Source: Phoronis australis | Taxonomy: Eukaryota > Animalia > Phoronida | NCBI GenBank assembly: GCA_002633005.1 | Contig: NMRA01000031.1 | Coordinates: 1-64,000, forward strand | DNA: 64,000 bases | Reading direction: 5' to 3' | Part shown: positions 13,671-25,889 of the stretch, one piece after another | Position numbering within the stretch: the stretch's first letter is position 1 | How the letters are laid out: every line of letters begins with the position of its first letter | Made by a program: the position numbers and the translations under genes | The notes under the pieces: generated by a model | What the model saw: only the letters and a program-made list of their open reading frames with translations | What the model was told of the DNA's origin: nothing | Databases searched by the model: none

Positions 13671-15647
13671 TACTGTGCAATCACTAATTGGTAATTCATT
13701 TTTGTGTTTTGTCAGTGCCTGTTACATTAGATTTTATCACACAGGTTAATTGATTTATTTTTTGTAGCTAATGGATTGAAGAAAACAAAATGTACCAAGC
13801 AGTAAAAAACAGCTTGCCTACGTGAAACTTAATTATTTCTGAAGGTCTTATCACATACTAGAAAAGGACCAGATGATGGCAAAAAGTAATGCAAAATGAG
13901 GCCGATGTTACATGTATGATGACAGAGGAAATGGTGACAAAGTCCGAAAGAATATACCATCTCTCACTAAGTCTGGATCAGCTATAAAATCGTACTCTTG
14001 TGTTTGATTCTCATAACAGCAAATCAAAGTATCCTAGGGCTGTACTTAAAATTGGCAATCTAAGGAGGTCATTTGGGTGTTTCATACTCTTTTCGTTTAG
14101 ATTCTTTTGCAGGGAACACGCCTAAAATCAGTAAAGCTACATTTGTCTGAAAAAGTAGAACTCTGAAGTTTCTAAAGAGCTTTTTAGAAATGAGCACAAT
14201 GTGGTTATGGAAAAAACTTCGTTTTACTAATAAAATTAAAACAAACTAAACAGAAAAATACTAAACTACTGAACACTTTATCCACTTTATGAATATGAGA
14301 ACAAAAAAAATAATAATGTACAAGCGACATTAAAAAATCTTGTTGTTGAAGAAAAAGAAGAATACTCCACTTTGTATGAAACCTGAACAAATCAGATTGT
14401 TCAAGCATAAAAATAAGTTTTTAAGTTGTTCGGACGTACAGTCCTTTATATAGGCCAGAACTTTCTGCATTTTCATCAAAGTTGTGCAGTGCCACATAGG
14501 GGAATTTTGTTATAACTTTTTATTTGTTTGAGTTTGTTTTGGTCCAGTGGTCCGCCTGTCATCACTCAAAATCAGTCGAAGGGGGGCATGTGTTGGTGCC
14601 AGGAATGACATGTTTTACTTAGTCTTGTTACCTGTTAAAGTTAACTGAGTTGCCTCTTTATTGAAACCCTGTTCGTTTTGGATTTACATTTATGTTAGTA
14701 CAGCAAAAGATTTCAGATATGCTTGTGTCAACTTGTTTTGTTTTCTGTTAAGTAACTTCTATGGCTCAGCCTGCCAGTTCTCATGTGATGCACTGCTCAT
14801 TTCTGTAGTAAGCATGTTATTTTGACACATTGCACATTTAAAGAAGCATTGCTTGCAAGCGACAGGATGACCATTAAAATATTTTGCAGAAACAGTGGTA
14901 TTTGCTTTCTGCATGTCAGGGCACAAGTGATTTTGATTCAGTAAAGTGTCGCAGAAGGAAAGAGTGGTCTTAACACATTGTATTTATTCCCGTTTACATG
15001 ACACAAACACTTGAAGTGCACTGCACAACTGTTTCTTGTACATTCTTGCTGGGCAGTCACCCTGACAGGCGTGTATGGTGTGTATGTTCTCATTCTTAAC
15101 ACTCTAAGTTACAGTGGACACTGTTCTTACTCATCCCTCTGATCTTTGATTTCGAATAATACATTCTAATTGCAGTCACCGTGTAGCTCATTTTTAGCCA
15201 ATGTGTTGTTTTGCTTATTTATAAGTTACTTTGTTTTTCTACAATAGGCCTAAACATTAATGACATTTACCCAATGCATCAGTTTAACCAATTTTACTTC
15301 TTTGTTTTACAGGGAATATGTATAAAAGTAAAAGTGTATTTCCTGTCTAGCCCAAGTCAGACTTCAATCAAACTTAAGCAAAAGTTGACAGCTTAGTGCA
15401 TGCACCTCACGAAGGAAAGCACAATTTCTTTTTTTTAGTGTGAGCTACACTATGATGGAGTTTTTGTTGTATAACGTTCGAGCATTTACACATTGATAAG
15501 AAAAATTAACGTTGTTAACTGTGTGTGGTTGGAAATATTCTTATAACTGCAGCAACATTCCGTGAATGAATGTACTTATTTAAGAAAGCAAGTGCAAATT
15601 CAAAAATAATTATTCATTTGGCCAAAGACTAATGACATTTTCAGACA

Positions 15648-15853
15648 CATGCACGCACCCACCCTAAAATTGAGGTGGTTCGAATTTTTCTGTGTGCAAA
15701 CCCTTTACTGAGAAAACGAAGCGACTGAGGACTAAAAAAACGGGGGACTACGTTCAGACCTAAGAAGTGTCCGTTCTTAGGCGGATCTTTTTACCCAATT
15801 CGCCAAATGTGGGGGGCTCGTTCGAACCACCGAGCCCCCTGGGTGCGCGCATG
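15648..15853. mobile_element. GC-rich MITE (CATGC.CGCA.CCA termini)
   Basis: TIR CATGCACGCACCCA ... TGGGTGCGCGCATG; same termini as the element at 38310-38541. Confidence 0.6.
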
Positions 15854-16921
15854 AACTGAACATCCAAGGACTGTGCTGAAATATATGTAGTGCATCCAAC
15901 ATCGTTCCTATTCTACGTCAGTTTGACATGTTCGGTTCTACACCACCATAATTCTAAATAAATGAAATACAACAGTTCTTCTGGATCCATGTTATCATTA
16001 TTGTTGTATGCAATTAACTCTGTAGAGTGTTAAAGTTTTACAATGTATTCAGTTTTTGCAACTTTGGTTCAAATTGTGTTTCATTAGTAGATCGCCCCTA
16101 TTTTTGAATAAACAATTGTTTATTTTATATAAGCTTACTTGTTAGAACTACAAGCGGTATTTGACTACCATTTCTTGGGCTTTCCTCAGTCCTGATTTGA
16201 TATGTAGTATTTGAAAATTTTCCATTGGCTTTGTGCAATGTGTTGTTCAACTCCTGATAATGCCATTTTGCGTGTATCTTTAAAACTAGTGTTTCGTGTT
16301 TTCAATTGTCTCACTGGTTCATAGGGTTCAAAATTACCGTAGAAAGTTTGGTTACTGTCTGTGTTTTAGTGGTTATATCGGCCCTCAATCTGTTTCTTAA
16401 ACAAATGCAGTTGGTCAAGAGTAGGTCCATCCATTCATTTGTGGTTTTGGAGTATGGATCTGATGTGTCTGTCAGCATTATCCGGGGGTTTATTGTAGTT
16501 AGATATTGTTTATGATAAGGTCCTGAAAATTTTGATACCACAGGCGAGCAATCGTAATGGGGGATGCATATTTCCACCCAGGTGAAAATAATTTCCACCT
16601 AGGTTGAAATAATTTTTTTTTAAGTTTAACATTTAGTGATCCAAAGTTCGCTAAGCACCAGCGGTTTACGGTAAGCCGGGAAACCTTGCCAAGTTATACC
16701 AGTAATGGCAACTCGGCCGTCGGCGCCTTGCCCCGTTTGCCTGTATCTGGTAGCCTGCGTGTATCAGCGATGTTAGTTAGCACGTCGCCCGCTAGGGACC
16801 GGAAGCGACTTTAATTCAAGTAAAAGCGCGCAAGAAACATGTTTGAGCTGCAGCAGACAAAGTAACGAGTTTTCAGTTGCTTCGGTGAAATTAGTAGGGC
16901 TGTGGACGGGTACTGAGAAAG

Positions 16922-16966
16922 ATGCCAAAAGCAAAACAAAAAACTCGCGGGAATCCCGAGAATTCG
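16922..16966 (+). CDS. NSMCE3: NSE3 coding exon 1 (MPKAKQKTRGNPENS)
   Basis: ATG in a GC-richer promoter-like region followed by a GTAAG donor; phase 0 matches exon 2. Confidence 0.7.
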
Positions 16967-19900
16967 GTAAGATTGACTCACAAAATATGTATCTCCCGCG
17001 ACTCCCGCGCCCCGGCTACGGCACGGGCACTGGACTACTAAAGTCTCAGACGCGGTAACCGTAGCCGGCGTAGCCGTACACGTATTACTATGAACAAGTG
17101 TTGTATTACAGTACAAGTTCACTAGTTATGCCTCACGGAGAATACATACAATGTACGGCCAATCTATACGACTGAAAGCCTAAACAACCAGCTTCCACCA
17201 AGGACAAGGTCGAGATTTGACCACAGGCACCTTTAAGTAGCCCTCATCTGGCCGCAGTCACAGGCGGTGGCCATCCCATAATCCCTCCATATGCCGGAAG
17301 CTTTTTGACGAATGATGCCTCACACTGATTAAACCATCAAAATCATGTAGCTATAAGTACCTTTTGCACATAGAGGGACACCTTAGTACACCTTGGTACT
17401 TTTAACTCTTTCTAGCTCGAACAAATACCCCTGCAATCAAACTTTTTTTGAACCAGTCCTTCATTCAGTTGTCCAACTCGGCAATTGGCCGTTTAACAAG
17501 TGCTCGTACCAGGGGAAGTAACGTCACATCGCCTGGCAGCTGGCGTTTGCAGTGTCCGTAACACCCTACACTAACTTTGTTTATGAGGAGGCAGTGTGCC
17601 CAGTGTCTGCCTCCTGTTGTATGTTCTGTGGCCAGTGCCTGCTGTTGTATGGCCAGTGTCTGCCTTCTGTTGCGTGGCCTGTGTCTGCCTCCTGTTCTCA
17701 AGGTACTGGGTTCAATTCCCACTTCTCCTCACTGCTAGAATCTAGAGTCACATCTCTAGCTGCTCAGCCTGGTCTTTATTTGTGCGTGTGTGTTATATTT
17801 TAATATCAGTAAAACAAAAAGTGTTTTCAGGTATTTGGTGCAGTGGACACTGCTTGTCTGATACAACGTGCATTGGACCACTTGCACTGTATTTTTAAAC
17901 ATTTTTTTTCATTTTATGGTCTTTTGATTGATCATTTAGGATGAAGACATGGATTATGTCCCATCTCAAGCCTCACAGTCAAGCCAGAGTCGCGTTACCA
18001 TGACTCAAGCTGAGAAGTCCTTGGCAACAGTATCAGAAGCGGACAAAAAAAGACGAGTTAGTGTTTTGTATCCTTGTTTACTTGTTTATTTAAGGATTTA
18101 TTTAAAGTTCACGGCATTTCAAATCAACAAAACTAGTGGTGGTTGCCGAAAGCCATTAGTAATAACTTGGGCAAAGGTTGAAGGAGACCAATGGCCTGTT
18201 GTGTAATTTTTGTTATTCCTCTGTAAGACTCAGTTGTCCATCACTGGCCATTTTATAATTGTTTTTTGTTTCACATTTCAGGTCAACGATCTTGTGCAAT
18301 ACCTGTTACTGATGGACCAGAAGAAAATGCCAATCAAACGGCAAGGTAAGTTCAACTTGTTAAACATATTGCTCAGGCTATGTAATCTTTTCCCAAATGC
18401 TCGTAGTGATTTTCATCTGTATTTTTTCTAACAAATCTCAAATCTTTTTTTCCAAACTCGAGTTCTTTTCATAAAACTGCACGTCATGTTATTAACGTCT
18501 AGCAAGACAAGTAGCTTGGCACTGTGTGTTACGTCTGTCTGTAAATGGCAAGTTATATTAATGTGATCTACTTTTAAAAGAATCATACTAATTACCGTAT
18601 TCGCCGTAATAACCGCCCAGGGCGCTTAGAAAAGTTCGTTTCACTTATTATAACCCAAGGCCGTTTGAAACCCGGTCTCTGAAACGGGTGAAATCGGAAG
18701 CTACGATTCATCACATTTACGCTCTATGACGCATCTGTAATCTATGAAAAACTTACTACAAAACCATGGTGCATTGCTATCAAACTTTGCTGTTAAATTA
18801 CCATCATTTTACAGAAAACTCGCCGACTGACTGCCTCGCAATTGTCGTACCTGAAATCCTCCTTAAGTTTTCCAAGTATCGCCCCTAAGATTTTTAAGGT
18901 CCCATGGAGTCGGGATTAACGGCAGGTTTAAGTACAAATCTGTGCTACATCGTGCTGTCTACATGTATGATCGGCAACATGAGAAAACTGTCTGGACGAA
19001 CACACGTTGTTGTCACGTGACGTTTGTTTTGAAGTTTGTCTGCGTTGAGTAAGCGAGCGCATGCATGTCACCAGAGTTCATTTGCCAGAGCAGAGACTGT
19101 CTTTTGGCCAGAGCCACGCAATCTAACAAGCTACTAGATGTGCATTGTATCTAAAGAAATTTGCACAAGCAGTAGGCCTAAACCAGAGCGTGTTTCATTC
19201 AGCACTTGCCGGTCTCATGTGCTAAAAACGTTTGACATTTGTCTCGGTAAGGCCCATATTAGTCGCCGTGTGGCTGGATGCGTACGTGACAGTTATTTTT
19301 TGGTGTAAGGGTGTGTAAGCATTCACCGTCAGTGGTCATTTTATCAGATATTTGGCTTAAAAACACCAATTATGGTTAATCAAACAAGTCATCTTAAAAA
19401 CAGCGCACACATTTTTTATAGTATTAGAAACTGTCGGAAATAAGTGCCAATATTTATTTCTTGCCGATGCTATGCTACCCGTTTCATGAATGGATAGTTC
19501 CCGACTAATGTCTTTGATGACAGGCTCATGCATGTAGCACGTGCTTCCTGGCCACGTGCTTTCAACACTGGCCAAGATTTTTATTAGTCTTCGATTCGCG
19601 GTTTTCACGTGTACAAAGAAATTTCAATTCCTGTTGAAAGCGGGAAATATCTACAAAGCAATCCCGTAGACAAGTACACTACGTCTGTTCTGAAAGGCCA
19701 GACCATTGGTCCTCTCAAGATCAGCAAAACTTTTGTGTTCGTTTTGAGGCATGGCGGAAGTTTGAAGTGTATAGTCACGGCCAAATACCGACATAGGCTC
19801 GTGGTCTACAAATTCTGCGCTCAATGATTTTTTTCAGGACTGTAGGTAAGGCATTTTTCGCACGTACACGTTCATGGACTGGGTGCTTATTTTAGCAAAG

Positions 19901-22900
19901 TCTGAAAACACGTGGGGGGCGCTTATAGGGGCATGGGCGGTTATTACGGTGAGTACAGTATGTGGCAAAAACAAATAGTGTAGCTTGTGTATTCTACATT
20001 GCCCGCACAGCCGTGCCCATTGCAACGAACACCAGAATCCATTTAAAACATATACACATATTAAGAGCAAGATGAGATAGAGACCTGACTCGAGGGTCTA
20101 GCAGTGGGTTACAGTAGTATTTGACCCCACAGGTACTCAATCCTCTAAGCCGCACTGCCTCCTCCTGTGACAATTATGAACTCTAATTTTTTGTTTAACT
20201 ATATACAGATATCAACCAAAAAGTACTGAAAGAAATGAGCAGAGCCTTCCCAGTGATGATGCAGAGAGCTTCTGAAGTCTTGATGAAGGTAACACACGGT
20301 CATAGCATTGACCTATTGACCTACTTCCTGAAATAAAGCAAAGCTCATGTGGGGCACCTACTACAATGTATTCTTGAAGCTGCTGTATGCACTGTGTTCT
20401 TCAATTTGTTTACTTCCTGTTTTATTTTAGGTGCGTACTTGGGGGTGTGCATGGCAACCTGGGTTGTTTACTAGGTCGCTCAACAAAATGTGGGGTTGCA
20501 TCGGCGAGCCTTGTTATGGTGTGATTTCCAACTCGGACTGTTGTTGATATATTGTATTACTCAGCTTGTAACTCCAAATTGACCAATCATATTGCATGAC
20601 GTTTAGTTACTGGTCAGTTTGGAGCCAAAATGTTGAATCAAGTCTGGTGGTCGCTGGCCCAATAATCAACACATCTATCCCCTTTTCAGGTGTTTGGCTA
20701 CAAGTTGGTTGAAGTTGAAGGGAAGCAGAAAACTTACATGCTCATAAACACACTTGAGACTGACCCTGAAGAGCCTCACCTGGAGTGGTAAGACCCAGTG
20801 TTAGTCTGATGTTGGGGGGCGGATCCAGGGGCCTATCCAGGATTCCAACATTGGGAGTCCAAATTTTCCCAAAGACGGACAAGACAGCTGCTGTATAAAC
20901 CCCTGGGCGGATCTACAATTCCTGATTTACTGAACTTTCCAGTTTTGTTCAGTTAGTGAATCTTTTTGTATTTGGCCAAGCTGCCTGTGGGGGGTGGGGG
21001 GGGCGCCAGAGTTATGTAACACTCTACAAGAAATATCCAAGTTTGGAACATCATATTTCGGAAGCCATTGATCCTATCCACGTGAAATTTTCAAATATGT
21101 GAACGGTTCTCCAAGGTTTCTGATAGTACAGTTTTTTTCACTTTTGTATGAGAGGCTATCAAAATGTTACAATTTACGATTTTCAGAAAAAAGCTCAAAA
21201 CTTGCATAAAACGAAAATGAAATGGCAATTTTATATTTTTAAAATTGTATTAATGTTTTTAATAATTCCTCAACACTGGCATCAAGCGAAATTTGGTCGT
21301 GTTATTGATGCCGTTGTTTCGTTAAATTTTAACTCAATAAAAGTACATATGAGTATTTTTGAAAAGCAGGAAATAGAATTTGATTGTTTACCTTAAACAA
21401 ATCTGAAATGTTATTTTACAGAAATAAGTGGAATCAAACCTTCCTCTGCAAGAGCAGCCAAACGTTGCAACTCTGAGCCAAATTCCACATGCTAAATAGC
21501 AGAGTATTTTAAGCATAATTAAATGATAAAAACGCAAACCTTGAGTTCCTTGAATATGTGGCGGACGACGGCAAGAATTAGCTATTTGGAGTCAAATCAC
21601 AGGAACACAACAGCTTTTGTTGTTTTATACATCTGGTCAAGGCTAACAACAATAAGTCTATCCCTTCCAATGATAATTCCAACAAAAATATTGTGTTTTT
21701 GGTTGTAGAAAAATAATGTACAGCTGCTTATCTATGCGGTACACTGTTAATTCTTCATGAATATGATCAGATCCATGGTTCTTTTATATTTCAATGTTAT
21801 GACTTAAATCTGGGTTGCATTCCCCAGAGCAAGTATTTCATTAGTACGGCGAGTTGAAGCGTCTAAAGGAGGAGTGTTTCATAACAAAGTTTGATGCGTT
21901 ACTAAGTTACGTAGATAAGCAAAATGGACGACGTTGGGTTGAAAGGCTGAAGTGTTGAATTAAAGGACCCAACAAGGTATATCTGTTCTGCAATCCAAGA
22001 TTTCTGACCTCATTTGTCTCATACAAATGTCTTGCCTTATGAAACTTGCCCCTTGTATGTCCCCAGCTCGTGACAAAGCACTGAACGTGGCTTAGTCATT
22101 TGTTCATCTGTCTTTTCCAGGTCTGAAGAAGATAACTCCAGGATGGGTCTAGTGATGGTCATGCTGTCTGTAATATTTATGAGTGGCAATGAATCACTGC
22201 CAGAGGGTAGGCATTTATATTAAACCGAAGTTGATGTGTGGCCATATTTTTTGTTAAAGCGACGTTGTTCATTACAGAGTTGTGTATCCAGGTTCGGACT
22301 GGCTGCCCTGTTGTGGATTTGAACCCACCATCTCAAGGGAGGCAGTCCATAACTTTGATTGTAGTCTTCAGGTATAAATCTGGCTAGTAGTTGAGTATTT
22401 TTAAGCACATTTAACTGATGAGGTCATGTGCATCAATTTCTGTTAATTCTACCATATGGCTGGAAGCCCATGACGTGAATCAGTGATTTGTAGTGAAATG
22501 GCAAAAACAACCTAACTTTGCTGTTTAATGGTTCTGATTCAAGCTAACAGTCATATTCAATACCTCTATCCTACCTAATAATAATCCTGTTTCTTACTTT
22601 AAAACTGCTAATGCCTCTTTAAAGCTAATATATTGTCACATTCACAGTCAGGTAATGTGACATAGCTTGCTTTTAGAGCACCCAGCGCACTCTGTGGGTA
22701 ATCAAACAAAACTACTCTGAAGTCCCGTCGTGATAACTGAATATCATGGCATCTGATTGCAAACCGAATTCATGATTACCGAAGTTGGAATTAATGAATC
22801 GCGACCTGTCATAACTAATCATGACTCATCATAACAGTATTTTCCAATTATTTTTTGCCACCTTGTTTTAAACAGTTACCGAAGCTTGTGGTTAATTCGT

Positions 22901-25889
22901 AAGTCGTTTTTAATGCTTTAATTTTTCCATTTTCAGCAATCATGTGGCGAGCCTTGGAACATCTAGGCGTGCAAAGGTAATTAGTGATGCTATTTTTCGT
23001 CGTTCATAATTATTTTAACAAAGGTACTAATGCCTGCACCGTTTACCACTGCTTTCCATACTGCAGCTATTTTACAGTCCATAGTACACGCCAAAAGTAA
23101 TCAGTCAACGTGATTAGCTGTTCTCGGTCAAGATTATCGAGATCTTGTGGATTTTCCCGGCAATAATGGAGTGCAAGCAGAGATGACCGCCATATTGGCT
23201 GTTTGTCAGGACGTGGACAATGGAAGATATATTATAAAGTTAATTAATTGAGAATGGCATCAGTTAACGTTGAATGATTTCTATTGCGGTTAATGCTTTG
23301 ATATGTTCATGAGGACAAAAGAAGGTACTAAGGCATAGTTTGCAGATGGGCAATTCATTATGATAATCTTCAGCGCTGAGCTTTTGGTATGCAAGCGCGA
23401 TTTTTCAGTGTCACGTGAAAATTTCACTGTCATAGTAAACAAATCTTTTGGGCATTTCTCACGAAAGGCATCCAGGAAAGTTATTTCTGTAGATTCATCA
23501 CGTACTCCTATGGCCTGTAATTGACTACAGTGTTACATCATGAGACATTTGGTTGAAATTAACTGAAAATTTGTGTTGTGCCATTCACTGCTTTTACAAG
23601 CAGAAGATAATAATCAGTGTTGTGCAAATCAGTGGTATGATAATTATCAGTGTTGTGCAAATCAGTGGTATGTGTTGTTTGAAACACGCAGCAGCAGTAG
23701 TTTGTATGTCACACTATTTTTAATTCTCTTTTGTAAATTCTATAAGGGACATCCGTCACGAGATCTTTTGGGATGTTAAGAAATTTGTTACGCAAGACTT
23801 GGTGCGTCAGTGTTACATAGAGTACGTGCGAGTCCCCAACAGTGACCCCCCGGCATATGAATTCAGATGGGGAGACAGAGCCAAAGTGGAGATAAGCAAA
23901 CGCAAAATCCTGGAATTTGTCAGTCAGGTTGGTACTATGGTTCCCACGCATTAGTTTCTTATGTGTCCACTAGGGTTTGGTTAAGTGTTTTAAGGTTATG
24001 AGTACACCCATGAACAGATTCCTTTGTCTGATTTTTACAATATTTTTCAACGAGGGTTATCTTATCAGCGATTGGGATGAGGGTATCCATGCTGGGGCCG
24101 GTAGCAGTGATGATGAACATGTTCACTATACTGGGGCCGGTAGCAGTGATGATGAACATGTTCACTATACTGGGGCCGGTAGCAGTGATGATGAACATGT
24201 TCACTATACTGGGGCCGGTAGCAGTGATGATGAACATGTTCACTATACTGGGGCCGGTAGCCGTGATGATGAACATGTTCTCTATACTCAGGTCGTTAGA
24301 ACAGAAACTAGGCCCAGTCTATGTGAATAGTCGTTGAGCCGGCCAATGAATAATTAACAAAATCAGAACTGTACAAAAATAGACCTCTTTACAGTTCACA
24401 ATCCTGGGGAAGTTTTACTTAGGAGCATGACTTATTCTGCATGAAGTCTACTTTAGGGGACCTGTCAAGTCTACACTGTAGGATCTTCTCCTTCAGTCAT
24501 AACTAAGTTTTCTGACCTACAAATCAATGACATGTGCAGGCTGTGCACAGTTTTATGAGATCTGTTAATACATAACATGCATAGCATTCAATGTCGCAAC
24601 AAATAGCTTGCCTTAGACTGGTGTGGCATCAGTGCACTGTCGTGCGTAACAAGTAACTATATGACTTGCTAGTTGTTATCAGTCAATTTCCAGACTGTCA
24701 ATACCTGTGTCGCATGTTGTAGAATTTGTTTTGCACCAGTGTTTTTTTTTTCATAAAGTAAACTTCAGCTGCAAAGCTTAGAATTGCACACGGGTCACTT
24801 TGAAGGTGCAGTAAACTGGTACCATCTGTTAAGCAAACAACTTTTGATATAGGCCGCTTGCCATTATAAAATTGAGAGGAGGTTTGACGTTTTATGATGC
24901 AACCCAACTCCGGTATTATATTGTAACCAGTATCTAGCAGAACACAGGGTAAGAATGTGATGTCGCTTTTAAAGTACAAGTACGCATGTGAAGAAAGTGT
25001 ATTTTTACTCTAGAGCCTCTAGTCTAATCGCTTAACTCGAAATCCAACTTGAAATTATTTTTGGCATTTTGTGTTTGACATTTGTGCAAACTGCAAAACA
25101 GTGGTCTATTATTTTATGCTAGAGTACTTAATGGCTTACGTGGATAACTGTCTAATCCTAGCTTGCATACTGTGACTCCAAATTTGAAGTTTTTACTCAT
25201 AATCTTGAGTTTTTGTTGGAAACCTTGAAGTTTTACTGGCATGAATATAGGGGTCATCGAATGCAAGCTTGGACTAGAATTCCGTACCATGAACCATAAT
25301 GTACTGAACCACAGACTAACAGCCACTTATCTTGAGCTTACACGAAAGTAGGGCAGAAAGTGCCAGAAATTTGATTACAAAGACTAGACCCCCGGGACCA
25401 GGACACATTTTGTAGTGGCTCTAAGCTGTGTGTATGCCAGGGTGCCAGTGATGGGAATCTTTCTAACATTGCATCATGACATTGACCTTTTTACTGCTAG
25501 GGCATTGGAGTGGAGAATTGTGGGCTATGCATTTTTGTCGCCATCTAGTGACTGGAATTGTAAATATATATCTCCTGTTTTCATTAATTGGTTGTTGGTT
25601 TCACTCTACTTTGAATATTATGTCGTCCCACAATCCATAGCGGAGATCTCATCAATCTCAAACTATAAATTGCCATTGGTATCCTTCATGAGAGTAGACA
25701 TATGGGTGAGAGTAGACAGGAAATGTCGTCCGTCGCTTTAACCCCAACGAGGACATCCTCACTAAACTGATTCCATGTCTATTCTAGATGTATGAAATGG
25801 AGCCGGCATCTTTCAAAAGTCAATACCAGCAAGTGTTGGAGGAAGAGAATGACAACGAAGACAATGGAGTGGAAATGGTGCAACGTTGA
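16922..25889 (+). CDS. NSMCE3: Non-structural maintenance of chromosomes element 3 (NSE3 / ancestral MAGE protein, SMC5/6 complex), 9 coding exons, 270 aa
   Basis: join(16922-16966,17940-18056,18282-18345,20209-20288,20690-20787,22121-22206,22937-22976,23747-23927,25788-25889). All introns are GT-AG with compatible phases; 813 nt open frame. MAGE homology domain motifs: LVQYLL..DQKKMPIKR.DI, VFGYKLVEV, GLVMVMLSVIFMSGN, W..L..LGV, YIEYVRVPNSDPPAYEFRWGDRAKVEISKRKILEFVSQ. Confidence 0.92.
17586..17790 (+). mobile_element. tRNA-derived SINE copy with internal short tandem expansion (NSE3 intron 1)
   Basis: GAGGAGGCAGTGTGCCCAGTG head, repeated (GGCCAGTGTCTGCC..CTGTTG) units, GGGTTCAATTCCC B-box, CACTGCTAG core. 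Confidence 0.5.
17940..18056 (+). CDS. NSMCE3: NSE3 exon 2 (DEDMDYVPSQ...DKKRR)
   Basis: TTTAG acceptor, GTTAGT donor; SQ-rich N-terminal region. Confidence 0.8.
18282..18345 (+). CDS. NSMCE3: NSE3 exon 3 (VNDLVQYLLLMDQKKMPIKRQ)
   Basis: TTTCAG acceptor, GTAAGT donor; start of the MAGE domain. Confidence 0.9.
18595..19958. mobile_element. TA-flanked TIR DNA element (Tc1/mariner/pogo-type ends) carrying a HIRAN-like ORF relic
   Basis: TA|CCGTATTCGCCGTAATAACCGCCCA ... TGGGCGGTTATTACGGTGAGTACAG|TA; lies in NSE3 intron 3. Confidence 0.75.
19594..19827 (+). pseudogene. Degenerate HIRAN-like domain ORF inside the TIR element
   Basis: IRGFHVYKEI..PV..G..L..NPVDKY..SVLK...G..KISK.F...LRHGGSL.C.VT pattern, recognised by eye. 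Confidence 0.55.
20075..20166 (-). mobile_element. Degenerate SINE copy
   Basis: Minus strand AGGAGGCAGTGCGGCTTAGAGG ... CCACTGCTAGACCCTCGAGTC; same family as 4030-4186. Confidence 0.45.
20209..20288 (+). CDS. NSMCE3: NSE3 exon 4 (DINQKVLKEMSRAFPVMMQRASEVLMK)
   Basis: ACAG acceptor, GTAAC donor; phase 1 to 0. Confidence 0.88.
20690..20787 (+). CDS. NSMCE3: NSE3 exon 5 (VFGYKLVEVEGKQKTYMLINTL...)
   Basis: TTTTCAG acceptor, GTAAG donor; conserved VFG.L.E motif. Confidence 0.9.
22121..22206 (+). CDS. NSMCE3: NSE3 exon 6 (SEEDNSRMGLVMVMLSVIFMSGNESLPE)
   Basis: TTCCAG acceptor, GTAGG donor; conserved GL..L..IFM.GN motif. Confidence 0.9.
22937..22976 (+). CDS. NSMCE3: NSE3 exon 7 (AIMWRALEHLGVQ)
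   Basis: TTTCAG acceptor, GTAAT donor; W..L..LG motif. Confidence 0.85.
23747..23927 (+). CDS. NSMCE3: NSE3 exon 8 (DIRHEIFWDVKK...ILEFVSQ)
   Basis: Open frame with YIEY..VPNSDPP.YEF.WG.RA..E motif; AAG acceptor, GTTGG donor. Confidence 0.92.
24092..24288. repeat. 39-bp minisatellite, 5 copies (NSE3 intron 8)
   Basis: Unit CTGGGGCCGGTAGCAGTGATGATGAACATGTTCACTATA starts at 24092, 24131, 24170, 24209 and 24248. Confidence 0.95.
25788..25889 (+). CDS. NSMCE3: NSE3 terminal coding exon (MYEMEPASFKSQYQQVLEEE...QR*)
   Basis: TTCTAG acceptor in phase 0, typical Y...P..QY acidic tail, TGA at 25887-25889. Confidence 0.85.
   Translation: MYEMEPASFKSQYQQVLEEENDNEDNGVEMVQR

Noticed and set aside
16160-16598. 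Possible head-to-head gene upstream of NSE3 on the minus strand
   Set aside because: No continuous frame or recognisable domain; could be non-coding, but unsupported.
23606-23672. 33-bp direct duplication in NSE3 intron 7
   Set aside because: Simple two-copy slippage duplication with no evident function.
23959-24337. Repeat-peptide ORFs, and a CRISPR-like or C/D snoRNA-like appearance of the 39-bp array
   Set aside because: Head-to-tail tandem units with no unique spacers and no cas genes in a eukaryotic intron. TGATGA is present but there is no box D CTGA in the unit. The ORFs arise from the 3n unit length.
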